A stretch of DNA of 64,000 nucleotides from Octopus bimaculoides (lineage: Eukaryota), in the NCBI RefSeq assembly GCF_001194135.2, contig NC_068981.1:187549840-187613839 (forward strand). Direction: 5' to 3'. A program made the position numbers and the translations under genes. Below are positions 41,365 through 55,490 of this stretch, piece after piece (position 1 is the stretch's first letter; each line of letters starts with the position of its first letter). A model generated the notes under the pieces. The model saw only the letters and a list, made by a program, of their open reading frames with translations, was not told the DNA's origin and did not search any database.

Positions 41365-41555
41365 CTTTTACTTGTTTCAGTCATTTGACTGCGGCCATGT
41401 TAGAGCACCGCCTTATAGTCGAACAAATCGACCCCAGGACTTATTCTTTGTAAGCCTAGTACTTATTCGTTTTTTTTTTGTGTCAAACCACTAAGTTACG
41501 GGGACATACACTAGCATCGGTTGTCACACGATGCTGGAGCAGGGATACAGACACA

Positions 41556-41638
<83 letters not shown>

Positions 41639-41780
41639 GACGGGCTTTCAGTTTTCGTCTACCAAATCCACTCACAAGGCTTTGGTCAGTCCGAGGCTAA
41701 AGTAGAAGACACTTGCCCAAGGTGTCACGCAGTGGGACTGAAACCGGAACCATGTGGTTGGTAAGCCACTCCTGTGCCTA
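41365..41780 (-). mobile_element. SINE family S1, full length
   Basis: Reverse complement of S1 with a central (CA)n(TA)n tract. Confidence 0.85.
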
Positions 41781-42369
41781 TATAATAACAGAATAAAGTA
41801 TAAAATAACAGTGTGGCGCGAAAGCTGTTATTCTAAGTATTTGAGAATTTACACTTCACCGGGAATTTATTGGTTTTTGTAGAATGTTATTCCGTGTGTT
41901 CACATCCTTCACTGGCTGCTTTAAGTTTCCTGAATGTTTGATTATCGTTCGTTTACTTACCAATGTATTTGGGATTCTAGCTATGTTCGACCTTTAAACT
42001 AGAACGAAAGTCTTTGTTTCTTAGACGGAATGTAGAAACTTGTGTTTCCACAGGATCAATAATTAAATGATTATCTTTATTATAGTAATAGATTATATTG
42101 TTTAAATGCATACGCGGTGTCGTCTAGATGTCAATGAAATTTTCCGTTCAGCATACTGTGTATAGATAAAATGATTAGTGTTATCGTCTTTCAGTTGAAC
42201 ATCAATTCATCCAATACACTGCAATGAAACAGACCAATTCGTAATTTTCGCGTGCAGCTTTTGTTATGGCTTATCAGCAAGAAGCGTCTATTTCTTATCA
42301 TAATATCGATAAATCATGTGAGTTCCATGTCATATGTTAAATTGTGTATCTTTTAACTTATTTTAAACT

Positions 42370-42700
42370 GCACTGAGAACGACAAGATCCGTTCCTTTAT
42401 TCCAGGAGAGAATCCAGCTTGTTCTTTAATAAGGTACTCTTTAGATATTTTCAATGCTGTTGAAGTTCCGTGTGGAATTAATCGATGAGAAATCGTGTAA
42501 AGGCAACGAAGGAAGGAAATCAACCAGAAATCCTCCGTTAAATGAGTATTACTTCCGAGGTTTCAAAAAAGCGATTCCTCCTCTTTTCCTCTTCACATTT
42601 GGAAATTTGTGCATGAGAAGACAATTGTTAAAAGGCCTGGGTAGTCCTATTTATCAGCTGGTCCAAAATATTTTAGCTCTTCCGTGAAGATATTATTAAG
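42370..42700 (-). mobile_element. Degraded non-LTR retrotransposon RT fragment
   Basis: Minus frames give FTEELKYFGP, IAFLKPRK, DFWLISFL (for RPISLL) and EYLIKEQAGFSPG, with stops and frameshifts. Confidence 0.62.
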
Positions 42701-43194
42701 ATAAATTGTTTTCTCAGTTCTTATGATGAGACATTGATGGGCTTTTTTTTTGTATGGGAAGCCTCTTATAAAAACGAAATTTCAGTTCATGATTTTTATC
42801 TTCAGATGAATCATTTTTGTTATTTGATGCCCTTTACTGTTTATTACCACTGGAATAGACAGCGAAATAGCAGCATCGTTAGAGTGTTGGACAGAATACC
42901 TCGCAGTATTTATTTCCACTCTTAGCGGTTCCGAGTTCAAATCTTACCGAAGTGAACTTCGCCTTTCTTCCTTTCGAGGTCGATAACAAAGCATTAGTTC
43001 AGGGTGAGTGTTTGGTGGATCGAATAGTATCTTGCGTTATCTCTTTTGTTCCGGTTTTATACATTCAGTTCAAACCCTGTCGCATCACCGAAAGATGGGG
43101 TATCTTCCGCCAGGCATTGCGACCGACAGGTAGTATCAGTAAATTAGAAAACTAATGGAAATGTAATTACTTTTGTTTGATGGGAAGATCGACT

Positions 43195-43305
43195 TCTCCC
43201 ACCACCACTACCACCATCACCATCACTACCATTACCACCGTCGCCACCATCACCACCAGCATCACCCATCACCACCACCACCACCACTATCACCATCAGT
43301 TTGTT
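43195..43305. repeat. Degenerate (CAC/ACC)n trinucleotide tract
   Basis: Imperfect cac/cat/tac triplets; the poly-Thr/His ORF is an artefact. Confidence 0.9.
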
Positions 43306-43349
43306 GTCCAACATTATTTTGATATTCCTCCGGTTTCCCTAAACCAGCA

Positions 43350-44580
43350 CCTGCATTTTGTATGAAGGGGCCATACTTTCTGGCTGTTTCTATTTATCGT
43401 ATTTGATACCATAAAAGATGCACGAGCATATTAGACGCAACTCAATTTCAGTAACACATATTCAGAGAAAACCCTTTTTCGTGCATTCAAGGGAAGGCCC
43501 AACTTCGCATGTAGAACCTAGGGTGATGTTTTGAGACATTTATTTGGGACAAAAAGTGCGGTTTATGTGCCCTGAAATAACGTATATTTGTGGATTTCCA
43601 TCCTGTTGTCATCGAACTGAGAAGGAATTTATAAGAGGTTCCTCTGTATTTACAGTATTCTCAGCAATACATATTTAAAACGTCAATGTATATTTTTTCA
43701 TATGGTTCAGACTTTTCCTTTCGACGTTTTCTTTTACATAAGGTTTTTTCGGTTTGACAAAGCAATTTAGTTAACTTGGTCATAATCTTCTACTTTAGGT
43801 TGAGTATGAGGAATAGATTGCTTCAGTTGACTTTTAAACATTTTCCATTTTGCTTTCCTAAAAATAGCAAAAAGGATTCTTTATAACAGTGATAGTTAAG
43901 ATCTATCCTACAATCTTTGGCGTGGAGTTGGGTTTAGGGTAATTTGGGTAACATCTTATACATTGCTATTTGATTACTAGATGTTATGTTGGGGCTGTAT
44001 CCACGTTTCCAACATCCAATGTTGAATGATTTTGCATATCTAGCATTAAGACGAAATGGTTGCTTTCTTCTCAGGAATAAACTTCTTTTCCATCCGAGTT
44101 AATAAGTTGGCTATCCCATTGATTATTATGGCGAGTAAAATTTCCAGTGATAAATCCTAGGTCTGATAAGTTTTTAAGTGGCACTCCAGAAATCCGGTGT
44201 TTTATAGATACATATAATTACGGCTTTTACCAAATCCAACTGCATCTTTATGATAGTGTTACTTCTGTTGCCATGCTTATAATGGAATTCCTGTTTTTCA
44301 TAGATATTGCACTTTCATATTTCTTACGTGCTTGTTCATTTGCTATAAGCCTTACCTTCATTTAATAATTTAAGATCTAACGTTCTGTCGTCCTCTGCAC
44401 GTTACGATCTTATTGCTATATCCATGCCTTTAATTCTATGCCTGTTGTTCAGAATGCCTTCATGTCTTTCCATATTTCATAAACTGATTGTTCAGTTGTC
44501 TTAACGTAACACTTAATTTTAGATCTGATGTTCTTTGGGCCAGTTTGAGTTTCTTGTAAGATTTGTTTCATATGACTTTG
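43350..44580 (-). mobile_element. Highly degraded CR1/L2-like LINE body
   Basis: Minus frames give fragmentary matches (EQARKKYESAISMK, GSTCEVGPSL for the QGSVLGP motif, WPLHTKC) with very many stops. Confidence 0.45.
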
Positions 44581-44584
44581 TTCC

Positions 44585-44900
44585 AAAAAGGCTAGAGACC
44601 ACTGTAGAATAAAGGGCTACAAAGAAAAAGAAAGGGCCTACAAATTCAAATGATATCGATTAACAGAGAGATAAAAAGACTGAATATCATAGTTTAGAGG
44701 AAACCGAGACGATGGTTGTGAGTTCCAGAGAATAGCAGTTTGAGGAAAGAAGGTATTAGAATAAAAGGACTTATGACTGACAAGACGCTCAACAGAGAAA
44801 TGATGCACCTGGAAAGGTAAGCGGTGACTCGTTAAAGGTCTTGACAGAAGCTTTATTAGAGGAATGACCATAGAAATACTTATAGGAAAGTCAGTCACGT
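44585..44900 (-). mobile_element. CR1/L2-like LINE 3' end
   Basis: ORF 44638..44961 ends FYSNTFFPQTAILWNSQPSSRFPLNYDIQSFYLSVNRY, a typical FFP..WNSLP C-terminus, followed by a short 3' UTR. Confidence 0.72.
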
Positions 44901-46314
44901 CGGAAGTTTTTGCTTTATTTTGCAAATGGATGATGGCATGTATTCTTTCATTAAAGAACATCCTTCAAAGTTTATTGATAAGACAGTTATCTATGATTTT
45001 ATTTTGTTCAGAAATCACCAATCCGTTGCTATCATGTTAAACTGTCGTATGTCCAAATTTGGCCAAATGCATTTTTTTTTCAGTATTTAATTAGCCCGTT
45101 CTTTGGATCAAACTATCGTACCTCCAGCTGCTTCAGATGCCAAGATATGAAAATTGTCAAAGTGTAGTACAACAGTTTAGCATTTTTCAAAAGTGTAGTA
45201 AGTCTTATATAGGACAATTTTGCAAAAATATTTCTGACTGAAAATATCTGAAAATATCATACATGCATTTTATGTACCCAACAAAGTATTATCGTTAAGC
45301 TGAAACTGCTGCTAATCTAAAAAGAAATGGAACGGTGAAACTATTTTTTCGTTTTCTGAAAAATTAACGTTTTTGACTTACGACACTTTTTGCATAATAG
45401 CAACGAATTATTGTTTAGAAAAGAGTTAGACTGAAAGAGTGAAAAATATTGCACAATTAAGTTTGGTACAATTCTTTGGAAATTTCTGACAGGAGCAGTG
45501 ACAGGAATGCTTGAANNNNNNNNNNNNNNNNNNNNNNNNNNNNNNNNNNNNNNNNNNNNNNNNNNNNNNNNNNNNNNNNNNNNNNNNNNNNNNNNNNNNN
45601 NNNNNNNNNNNNNNNNNNNNNNNNNNNNNNNNNNNNNNNNNNNNNNNNNNNNNNNNNNNNNNNNNNNNNNNNNNNNNNNNNNNNNNNNNNNNNNNNNNNN
45701 NNNNNNNNNNNNNNNNNNNNNNNNNNNNNNNNNNNNNNNNNNNNNNNNNNNNNNNNNNNNNNNNNNNNNNNNNNNNNNNNNNNNNNNNNNNNNNNNNNNN
45801 NNNNNNNNNNNNNNNNNNNNNNNNNNNNNNNNNNNNNNNNNNNNNNNNNNNNNNNNNNNNNNNNNNNNNNNNNNNNNNNNNNNNNNNNNNNNNNNNNNNN
45901 NNNNNNNNNNNNNNNNNNNNNNNNNNNNNNNNNNNNNNNNNNNNNNNNNNNNNNNNNNNNNNNNNNNNNNNNNNNNNNNNNNNNNNNNNNNNNNNNNNNN
46001 NNNNNNNNNNNNNNNNNNNNNNNNNNNNNNNNNNNNNNNNNNNNNNNNNNNNNNNNNNNNNNNNNNNNNNNNNNNNNNNNNNNNNNNNNNNNNNNNNNNN
46101 NNNNNNNNNNNNNNNNNNNNNNNNNNNNNNNNNNNNNNNNNNNNNNNNNNNNNNNNNNNNNNNNNNNNNNNNNNNNNNNNNNNNNNNNNNNNNNNNNNNN
46201 NNNNNNNNNNNNNNNNNNNNNNNNNNNNNNNNNNNNNNNNNNNNNNNNNNNNNNNNNNNNNNNNNNNNNNNNNNNNNNNNNNNNNNNNNNNNNNNNNNNN
46301 NNNNNNNNNNNNNN

Positions 46315-46361
<47 letters not shown>

Positions 46362-47699
46362 AGAATGATAGATAGCTCGATAGATTAAACAACTTGATAG
46401 ATAGGTAAATAGATATCGATATATAAACACATAATGTCTGAATATTTGCGTATAAAATACTAAGATAAAATATTTCTCAGTCGGCAGAAGACATAACTCT
46501 TATTTTAGTATCTAGATTTGAGTTTTGAACTTCACACTACTTCTAAACAATTTTGAAAAGTACTCTGATAGTATAACTACGATGTTGATAATAACTACAC
46601 TTAGCAAGCGACAAGATCAAGAACAGTTTTTCTATACCTGATACTTTATCCTAATTTAAATGTTTTTGTTAAAAAAGAAAAAAGAAAAAAAACTCCTGGA
46701 TTAAGACGTAGTTTGTTATCAGAAATGGCTTTTATCTTGTCTGTTAGTTGGAGGCCGTCATGATTATTTTAAAACGATTTATAGCTATTTTAGTATCGGA
46801 ATATAAAACGATCAAACGTAACACTTCAAAAGTGTCGGTCCAGATTTAACTTAAAAAACTAAATAAATCCCAGCCATCGTCTTTAATGAACCAAAGATAT
46901 AATTTTTGAGAAATCTTAGATCATTTGTTTTATTTATCGTATCAAGTTGACAGTTCTCTCACAATTATGTATCAGATGTTTGTCGCAATGTATCGTAGTT
47001 ATCTCTTTAATATCCAGACTTACATATCAGCTGTTTGTGGAGTCAGTGGTTCGTATCACGTTCATGCAACGCTCTAACCAATTAATAGAGCTAAATATCA
47101 TAGCTAAAGGCCGTAAAATTGGTAAATATTTGTCGCTGTTATTGTTGTTTAGCCTCAAGGTTAGTCTCATTGAAGCTGACAAGATTAACGGTAAATCAAT
47201 CGAGGCTGTTCGATCTTTTGTTGTATGTTCAATAGATCAATTTTTAAAAGAGAATATAATATGATTTGTGAAAGATTTTGCTGTTATTTCTATAGAATGG
47301 ACGGCCAATTAGAGGCTCCTTGGTTGACCAGTCCGGTGAACAAATATCTCTTTATGTCCGTAGAAAGAGAAATGGTCACGATTCACTCTTATTCACGTAT
47401 GTAAATATTACAGTAAGTCTTCTATTCTTTGCCAATGACCCGATATGTTAGACAGTATTATTAGCCATTAACTTATTAACTTAAAGGCTTTTATAGGCCT
47501 TAGAATATAAGTTCGGGCAAGAGAACAAAGTTTATTCCCCCAAGAAGCGAAATCTCACGCTTCAGAAAGACTCATTCACCAAATCATATGTTCTATTGGG
47601 GCTGCAGGATATTAGGCTCTCCTTCCCAACAGTATGATATTTATTCCATTATTTGAACTCTTTTTAGCATTTACTGACTAGGTTCATCAATAGTTTCTT

Positions 47700-47900
47700 C
47701 GTATTTCATTACTTTAGAACTACAGTGTGTGACAACATCGCATGTTGTCACTCAAAGAAAACCTTTTGGATGTTTGACTCACAAATTTCCTTAGAGAAAG
47801 AAATTAAACGATGTCCATTAGAACTTTATCCGAAATGTGTCAAGTGTTATTTCGGGTACCACAAGGTACCATATTGCAACGGTTTTCTTCCACTTTTCTC
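47700..47900 (+). mobile_element. Degraded LINE RT fragment
   Basis: VSSVISG / VPQGTIL (~47838-47876, across a frameshift) matches RT motif SGVPQGxxL. Confidence 0.5.
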
Positions 47901-49313
47901 ATCATGTAGTTGGGTGTGTTAAAATGTCCAATCTTCTAAGCTCAACAATTACGATTAAATAACTAACACATTCTCTTCATATTACTGATAAAACATCTAA
48001 ACGCCATTATAATTTCTGTACCATACTATAAGTAAAGATCTCTTAGCTAGCACACATACTCAACATAAACAAACCTGTCCCACATAAATTAGCTATTCTC
48101 TTCACAAAATACTTCAGCTCAACAACTATGAACTCTCTAGAAGTCAAAGGTGGCACCTATAATGGCGCATCGTTGCTACATCTAAGACAGTGCAATTAAA
48201 ACACATACATACACTATTATCAGCCCTCTGTTCAGAAACAGGTTTGGATTTAAAGGCATAAAAGACAGAATTGCCATCGAAAAGAGCACCGAATTCCTCG
48301 TTTTTCTTCGAATGTTCAAAGAAGATTTCTCAATATATTCTTTGCAAGTGTGTTTACCAGGAAATTTAGTTCTATGCAATAATCGCGCTGCTACATTCAC
48401 ATGGATATCAGAATGGTAGAAAAGATATATCACATTAATATAAGAGGATAATATTTGTAGTATCATATTAAATATATTAATATATCAAATCTGGCAAAAA
48501 TGGAAATGATAATAAAATCGAGGTCTTTTTATTGACTTCTATAATATTCAGAAAAAGGGAGTATTCATGAATTCTATAAAGTTTCCTTATAAAACATTAG
48601 AGATTTGGTAAATATATGAACTGTAAATCCAATAACATGGAACCGTTTTTGATTATTCTGTAGAGAAAGAAAGAATAAGTTTCCGTGTAAAATTCTTGCG
48701 ACAGTTCTTTACACAAACAATTATATGCAAACAGTCGGGATGTTTTAAATATCAATACATTTTAAAGGTTTGGTACTTTCAGTAGAATTGTGTTACAATC
48801 AATAATAGCACGAGGTTTCTGGTTATCTTGAAGAGAAATTCTGCTTTATGGTTAAACGCTCTGATATCATTGCTAGCTTCACTAACTGGACATAAACCAA
48901 ATTATCGGTATGTGATCGATTCGGCAATTAAGTTTATTTTGATTTCTTTTCGAGACTTAAGCTGGAATCTATACATAATGGATGACATCGATTTTGCAAA
49001 TTTATAAAGGAATCTAATTTTGACAATACTGTGTAAATCTGATAAATCTACAGTAAAGCTAATGCATATTGTAGTCACCGAAATATAATTTGATGCGTTA
49101 CATTAAACCTGGTGTTCATAAATTCAATAAGATTTTGAGCCTTTATATTTCCAACAATATATTTGTATATCACTGCGGCGTTTTATGTTTGATTTTGACG
49201 CTAATTTTTAAAAATTCGTATCGAATGCTTTTTGTTCTGTTTTTCACGATAGATTTGTCTCGGGTTCGTAATATTATCAGGGAGAAACTGTTCTTAACAT
49301 TGGTTTCGAATTT

Positions 49314-49532
49314 AGGCGATGAGCTGGCAGAAGCGTTAGCACGCCGGGCGAAATGCTTAGCGGTATTTCGTCGGCCTTTACGTTGTAAGTTCAAATTCCG
49401 CCGAGGTCGACTTTGCCTTTCATCCTTTCAGGGTTGATAAATTAAGTACCAGTTGCGTACTGGGGTCGATCTAATCGACTGACCCCCCTCCCACCAAAAA
49501 TTTCGGGCATTGTGCCTAGAGTAGAAAAGAAT
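49314..49532 (+). mobile_element. S2 SINE with 15-bp TSD
   Basis: TSD ATTGGTTTCGAATTT at 49299-49313 and 49533-49547. Confidence 0.9.
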
Positions 49533-49738
49533 ATTGGTTTCGAATTTTGGCACAAGGCCGGCAAGTGCATGGGAAAGGATACGTCGATTACATCGACTCT
49601 AGTGTTTAACTGGTACATATTTTATCGACCATAAAAGGATGAAAGGCAAATCGACTTCGGTGGAATTTGAAACCAGAACGGACGAGATGCTGTTAAGCAT
49701 TTTTCCGGGTGTGCTAACAATTCCGCCAGCTCGTTACC
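49533..49738 (-). mobile_element. Older S2 SINE in opposite orientation
   Basis: Diverged reverse complement of S2; its 3' tail contains the target site of the + copy. Confidence 0.8.
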
Positions 49739-50628
49739 CTAAGGTAATTCTTACTATCGATTTCTAAAATTAATGTCTTATTTATCACCTTCGAAAGGAT
49801 GAAATGCAAGGTTGAACGTGGTGGTATTCGAAATAAACTTGACGGTACAAAATATTATTATAAAGCAGTTTGTCCGATGCTCTACAGATTCTGTCACTTG
49901 GTTTCATTCCACTATTTTTAATATAAATAAATAAAGGTTCTGCTATACTTTTACAAGAAGAGTGCTGACAATGACTTCAAAATCCCGTAGTTTCGAAGTT
50001 TCGACCTGCTAGACAACATCGGACTGTCTGTTGAAAGCTAGCAGACTGAAACTTCGAAATCACTTCGTTTTATAGTATAACAAATGTGTACTCTACAAAG
50101 AGTAGTGAGCAATTGATTAGTTTAATGTAAAAGTGTTTTTATTATAACTCGACATAAAAACAAACATTAATATGAATAAATGCTCTTGCAATTTCATTGA
50201 TCGTGTGATAAGGAGAGTTATGATACTAAAGAAATGATCTTCTTGTTCGGAAGTCGCATGCAATACACCATTAGATTCAGATCAATACAAGTTCGAACAT
50301 AATTTATTTTTATATCCATAATCAAATTTTAATTCCTACATTAAATAGTTTCCGTACAATGGTATTGCTGTTACCTTAGCTTGGCGAATTACCTAGTCAA
50401 GCATTTTGGAAGATTTATTTGTGTAGAGCTGAAGAAAAAAGATTCTTCCGGAGCTAATCTGAAAGGCTTCAATGAACTTAATTTGGAAAAAGAAAATCTT
50501 ACCATTTTTATATTTCAGACTGAGACCGTTCTGGGGCAAGAACTTGCAGCCTTCAAGTTAAACAAATCAACCTTAGTACTTATTTAAAAAAAAATCTCGT
50601 ACTTATTGTATCATCTTTTTCTCAAACC

Positions 50629-50652
50629 GGGGGGTGGGGTGGGGGTGGGGGG
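50629..50652 (+). other. G-quadruplex-forming motif
   Basis: GGGGGG T GGGG T GGGGG T GGGGGG: four G-runs with single-T loops. Confidence 0.7.
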
Positions 50653-50777
50653 TGCGGAAACGTAAACAAACCAGCGGCAGTTGTCATGTGGCGGTGGTGG
50701 TGGGAAGAAACACCCCCGCCCCACATATATATGTGTGTTTGTGTGTATGTATAGATATATATATATATATGTATATA

Positions 50778-51000
50778 AGGTGGCGAGCTGGCAGAATCGT
50801 TAGCACGCTGGGCGAAACGCTTTGCAGTATTTCGTCTGCCGTTACATACTGAGTTCTAATTCAGCAGATGTCGACTTTGGCTTTCATCCTCTCGGGGTCG
50901 ATTACATAAGTACCAGTTACGCTCTCGGGTGATGTAATCGACTTAATCCCATTGTCTGTCCTCTCTATGTTTAGCTCCCTGTGGGCAATAAATAAATAAA
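50778..51000 (+). mobile_element. S2 SINE (tail type A)
   Basis: ggtggcgagctggcagaatcg head through gtgggcaataaataaa tail. Confidence 0.85.
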
Positions 51001-51939
51001 TATATATATATGTATGTATAGATACACACATATATGTACGATGAGATTCCGCACAGTTTCTCACAAAGCATTGGTTGGCTAGGGGCTATAGTAAAAGACG
51101 CTTTCCAAAGTTGTCGCATACTGGAACTGAACTCGAAACCAGGTAGTTGTGAAGCAAACTTTTTAACCATACATCTATGTTCTGCACCAAGCTATGTCAA
51201 CAAAGCATTTAAACAGTTCTATGTATATGTAACTAAATTTAATCGAAATTGTAATTGTTTCGCTGTATTTCTTTCAATTACATGCAAGTCTGAGGCAATT
51301 TTATGAACATAATTTAATGTTTTTGTTCCGTTTATTTCTATCTAATAAATAGTTTTGATCCCAATTAGCAACTTTTAATAACTGTTTAACACGATATTTT
51401 GTCACGGAAGGTAGATTTTATCGGCTGACTAATAACATTCGTAAAATAACAAAATATCGTGGCACGGAAATATTAAGATACGTTCGTGTGATTATAGTTT
51501 TGAAAGATTTATTGCACAATTAAATATTAATTTCCTTGATGATTGACTTTCCCCTCGATAGTTCCATTATTTTGGTTTTGGAATGATATTTTTCCGAATG
51601 CCAGAGACTCTAACCATCTGTTAGGTTTTCATTGGTATTAAGTGTATGTTCACTGAGAAAAATTCCATAGAATGAGAATTAATGTACAACTCCCTGTTGG
51701 GAACAGTTTTCTCTGTTTAACAATAGCCAATATAAATGTTAGTTGGATGGTTGGTTGGCTGGTTTGATGGTTAGTTGATTGCGCCAGCCACGCTGTGCTG
51801 CAGGTATTGAGAGGGAATGAGAGGGAGAGAGAAAGAGAGAGTGAGCAAATGAAAACATAAAGCAGAGAGAGAGAGAGAGGAGGGAAGAGAGAAAGAGAGC
51901 GAGAATTAACATAAGAGGATGAGTACCCATATTACATTT

Positions 51940-52167
51940 CTTTACTGCCCACAAGGGGCTACACACAGAGGGGACAAACAAGGACAGACAAACGGATTAA
52001 GTCGATTATATCGACCTCAGTGCGTAACTGGTACTTATTTATTCGACCCCGAAAGGATGAAAGGCAAAGTCGACCTCGGCGGAATTTGAACTCAGAACGT
52101 AGCGGCAGACGAAATACCGCTAAGCATTTCGCCCGGTGTGCTAACGGTTCTGCCAGCTCGCCGCCTT
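51940..52167 (-). mobile_element. S2 SINE (tail type A), close to consensus
   Basis: Full-length reverse complement of S2. Confidence 0.88.
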
Positions 52168-52216
52168 TGAGTACACATATTAGACTCGGTGGTAGACGAT
52201 GACAATAGGAACGATA

Positions 52217-52536
52217 AGGAGCACTCCGTCGGTTACGACGAGGAGGGCCCCAGCTGATACAATCAACGGAACAGTGTGCTTATGAAATTAACGTGCAAGT
52301 GACTGAGCAATCCACAGACACGTGTACTCCCCCCAATGTAGTTCTCAGGGAGGCTCAGCGTGACACAAGGCCGGCCCTTTGAAATACAGGTACTCCTCAT
52401 TTTTGCCAGCTGAGTGCACTGGAGCAACGTGAAATAAAGTGTTTTGCTCAAAGACACAACGCGTCGCCGGGAATCGAACTCACGACCTCACGATCGTGAG
52501 CCGAGTGCCCTAACCACTAAGCCACGCGCCTTCACT
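52217..52536 (-). mobile_element. SINE with CORE-like middle and S3-type tail
   Basis: tRNA-like A/B boxes; middle gttgtgtctttgagcaaaacactttatttcacgttgctccag; 13-bp TSD AATAGGAACGATA at 52204-52216 and 52537-52549. Confidence 0.88.
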
Positions 52537-52759
52537 AATAGGAACGATACACACAGGGGGAAATAAAAACTCATAAAGACAGATGGAGAGAAGGAAGCGG
52601 CGTAAATGACAGAGTAGTTTTGGGAGGAGAAATATATATTAGAAATTTGTTTTATTTAATTTAAGGCACTAAATATTTTGCTCTTGAAAATATATATTCA
52701 CTTTATTATTTTGTATAAACACCAAGAAATTTGGATGAAATTTAAACTATAGAACTTCC

Positions 52760-53125
52760 CGACAACATAGTTCAGGGTGCAGTCCCACTGCGTGGTACAG
52801 TGGGGGAGTGTCTTCTACTACGGCTCCCCCATCCTCGGGCCACCAAAGACTTGGACTTGTAAGTTGAGATTTGGTAGACGGAAACTGAAAGAAGCCCGTT
52901 GTGTACAGCTCTGTGTGTGTGCGTGTGTGTGTGTGCGTGTGTGTGTGTGTGTGTGTGTTTGTCTATGTTTGTACCCCTTCACTGATTGACAACCGGTGTT
53001 GGCGTGTTTACGTTCCCGTGATTAGCGGTTCGGCAAAAGAAACGATATAATAAGTATACTGGAATCGATTAGTTCGACTAAAATTCAGCACGGCTGGAGC
53101 CTACTGATGGAAAGAAGTAAACGAT
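52760..53125 (+). mobile_element. SINE family S1, diverged
   Basis: S1 head, central (TG)n and partially deleted 3' half. Confidence 0.7.
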
Positions 53126-53134
53126 AAAATATTA

Positions 53135-53170
<36 letters not shown>

Positions 53171-53391
53171 TGTATGTATGTATGTATGTATGTATGTATG
53201 TGTGTATGTGTGTATTGGAAAATTAAGACAAACACGAGCATAAATAGTTAGTCCCTACGTACGTTCCACCATTGCGGTTATTTGGACGTCATCATTGGGT
53301 ACTCCAAGTGCGTTTGGATACCTAACCAGAACGGATCATCAGGAGAACTAGTGTACTGCATTCTGTTACAGAGATCGAGCACACACGTACG

Positions 53392-53471
<80 letters not shown>

Positions 53472-55094
53472 ATTAAGTGGTGGCTGGTTGCGATGCCGGT
53501 GATCTTCAGGCTTGCGTAGTAGCCTGAGCTCTTTTACACAGTTATCAAGATTTTGCTATCACATCGTCTAAATGTATTAATTAAATTTTCGAATATTAAT
53601 TGAAATATGAATATTCATTCATATTCCGCTGTAAAAAACAACCTGTCATTCACAAGCAAATTTCACTTTTCAATAATATGTCCTATGCTATCTAGGCGGT
53701 GAGCTTGAAGAACTGTTACCGCAACGGGAAAATGCTTCGCAGGTCTTTTTCTGGTTTCGTGTTCTAGTCCAATTCCGTCGAGGCTGATTTGCCTCTCATC
53801 CTTCAGGGTCGATAAAATGAGTACCAGTTGAACCCTGAGGTCGATGTAATCGCCCCTCCTCCGAAATAGTTGACATTGTGCTAAAATTTGAAATCCATAT
53901 GTTCTATGCTATCACTAATTGTTTTAGGTTCCTTTGTAGTAACCTGCATGTATAGATACTATTTGGAACCTATTATTCTTTACCCAGGGAACATCGCGGA
54001 TGTGACAGCCGGGTGGGGGAGAGAAAGAAAGATGGCAGAAACAGCAGCCGGATAGTACTCCGCTTGAGCAACATAAAATTAAGTGCTTTGGTCAAAGGTA
54101 CAATCCGGTCTAGGAATCGAACCCACAACATAACCCTTATGATTGTGAAGTGAACGCCTATACCATTAGGCCAAGCGGCTTCAATATAACTTCAGTCTAA
54201 GCACTAATAACTTTTGAATCTTGCAATCTTTGTCATTTGTATACAAGGTTTTGATAAAAACAATTATGTTAGAACCAGAAGTTTATTCCAAAACAGGAAA
54301 AGGCTGTAACTGCGAATGTCACAGACATTAGACGGGCTGGATGCGATGTAATCTTAGACCTCTTGAAAAATTTTCATAACGTGGTTCATATATCACAAAT
54401 TGGAATGTAATATCATGTTTATTACCTTGGTTCATTTCCTTCTATAAAGAGAATTTGCTTATTCCTAATTTGAGATGAAATTTACAATGAATAAACGTTT
54501 CTTATTTCAGGTAGTTCCAATATATGTTGCTGTAATACGTACTAGAACTTAAAATTTCTACGCGGCCTCTTTTCGCCGAAAGTAAAACCAAAAAAACAAG
54601 GTAAGAAAGATAACTCTTACAATTCATAATTAAATACAACGAACAATAAAGTTTCACTTTAAATATAATAAAATATTTTAAACTCGTGAACACCTCTTAA
54701 ACAGAATTCTTCCTTTAATATTGATAACAGCTGCTTGACAATCCGAATAATAATGTATTTTACAGTATGTTGCGCTTGTAACATTTTACGGCTAAACTTA
54801 AAAACATGCGCTATAAGACTCGGACAAAAGCTGGCTTTATATTCTCTATTCTGTCGCTGAGTCCAATCACTGAATTACAGTCGGGTCGGGTTTCAAAGGT
54901 TTTAAACACTTAAATTACCGTTAGGAATTATTTCAGTTTTGCATTTATTTTATCGATCTCTATCTAATTACTAAATCATGCGTTCGACATATAAGAAAAC
55001 AACTTGACATTGGTTTACTCTGGCGTATTGGATACTCGTCGTTTCGACGAATGAGAGTTCAACAGGATACAGCAGAACAGTATTCTTAGTTCAG

Positions 55095-55490
55095 TGTCTT
55101 GTCCTGTCGTCTCATACGGAAATTCAGACTGATCCAGGACTGACAAATTCGGTTGCATACGTTGCAGCTGTGGTCTCCATCATTCGTGGGTAAATTTGAC
55201 CCTGCTCCACGCTAGGTTCTTCTCTCCTTCAGAGCGTTGATCATGGCTGACACATTGTCGGAGATGGTTGGCTACCAAGATCCTCTACACCGGACTCTAT
55301 TCAGTGATACCGATTCTCATACCTTCAGGTTTATCTTGCAGGTTTTTAAGCAGATATTTAGTGTGTCTTTACAAAGATGCATGGCATCAAAGTTACACTC
55401 GTGTATCACACATATATGATGTGGATCTGCACAGCTTCTGTCGACTACCTTCCGTTGGTTTACCGGTGGTTACTGCAGAATGCACTTACC
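55095..55490 (-). mobile_element. RTE-clade LINE 3' fragment, degraded
   Basis: Minus frames give GKPTEGSRQKL, KDTLNICLKTCKIN and CNVCNRICQSWISLNFRMRR (terminal zinc-finger remnant), with stops. Confidence 0.72.

Noticed and set aside
50497-50550. Possible 48-nt minus-strand exon (CKFLPQNGLSLKYKN) with GTAAG donor
   Set aside because: Weak acceptor, no partner exons and no recognisable protein.
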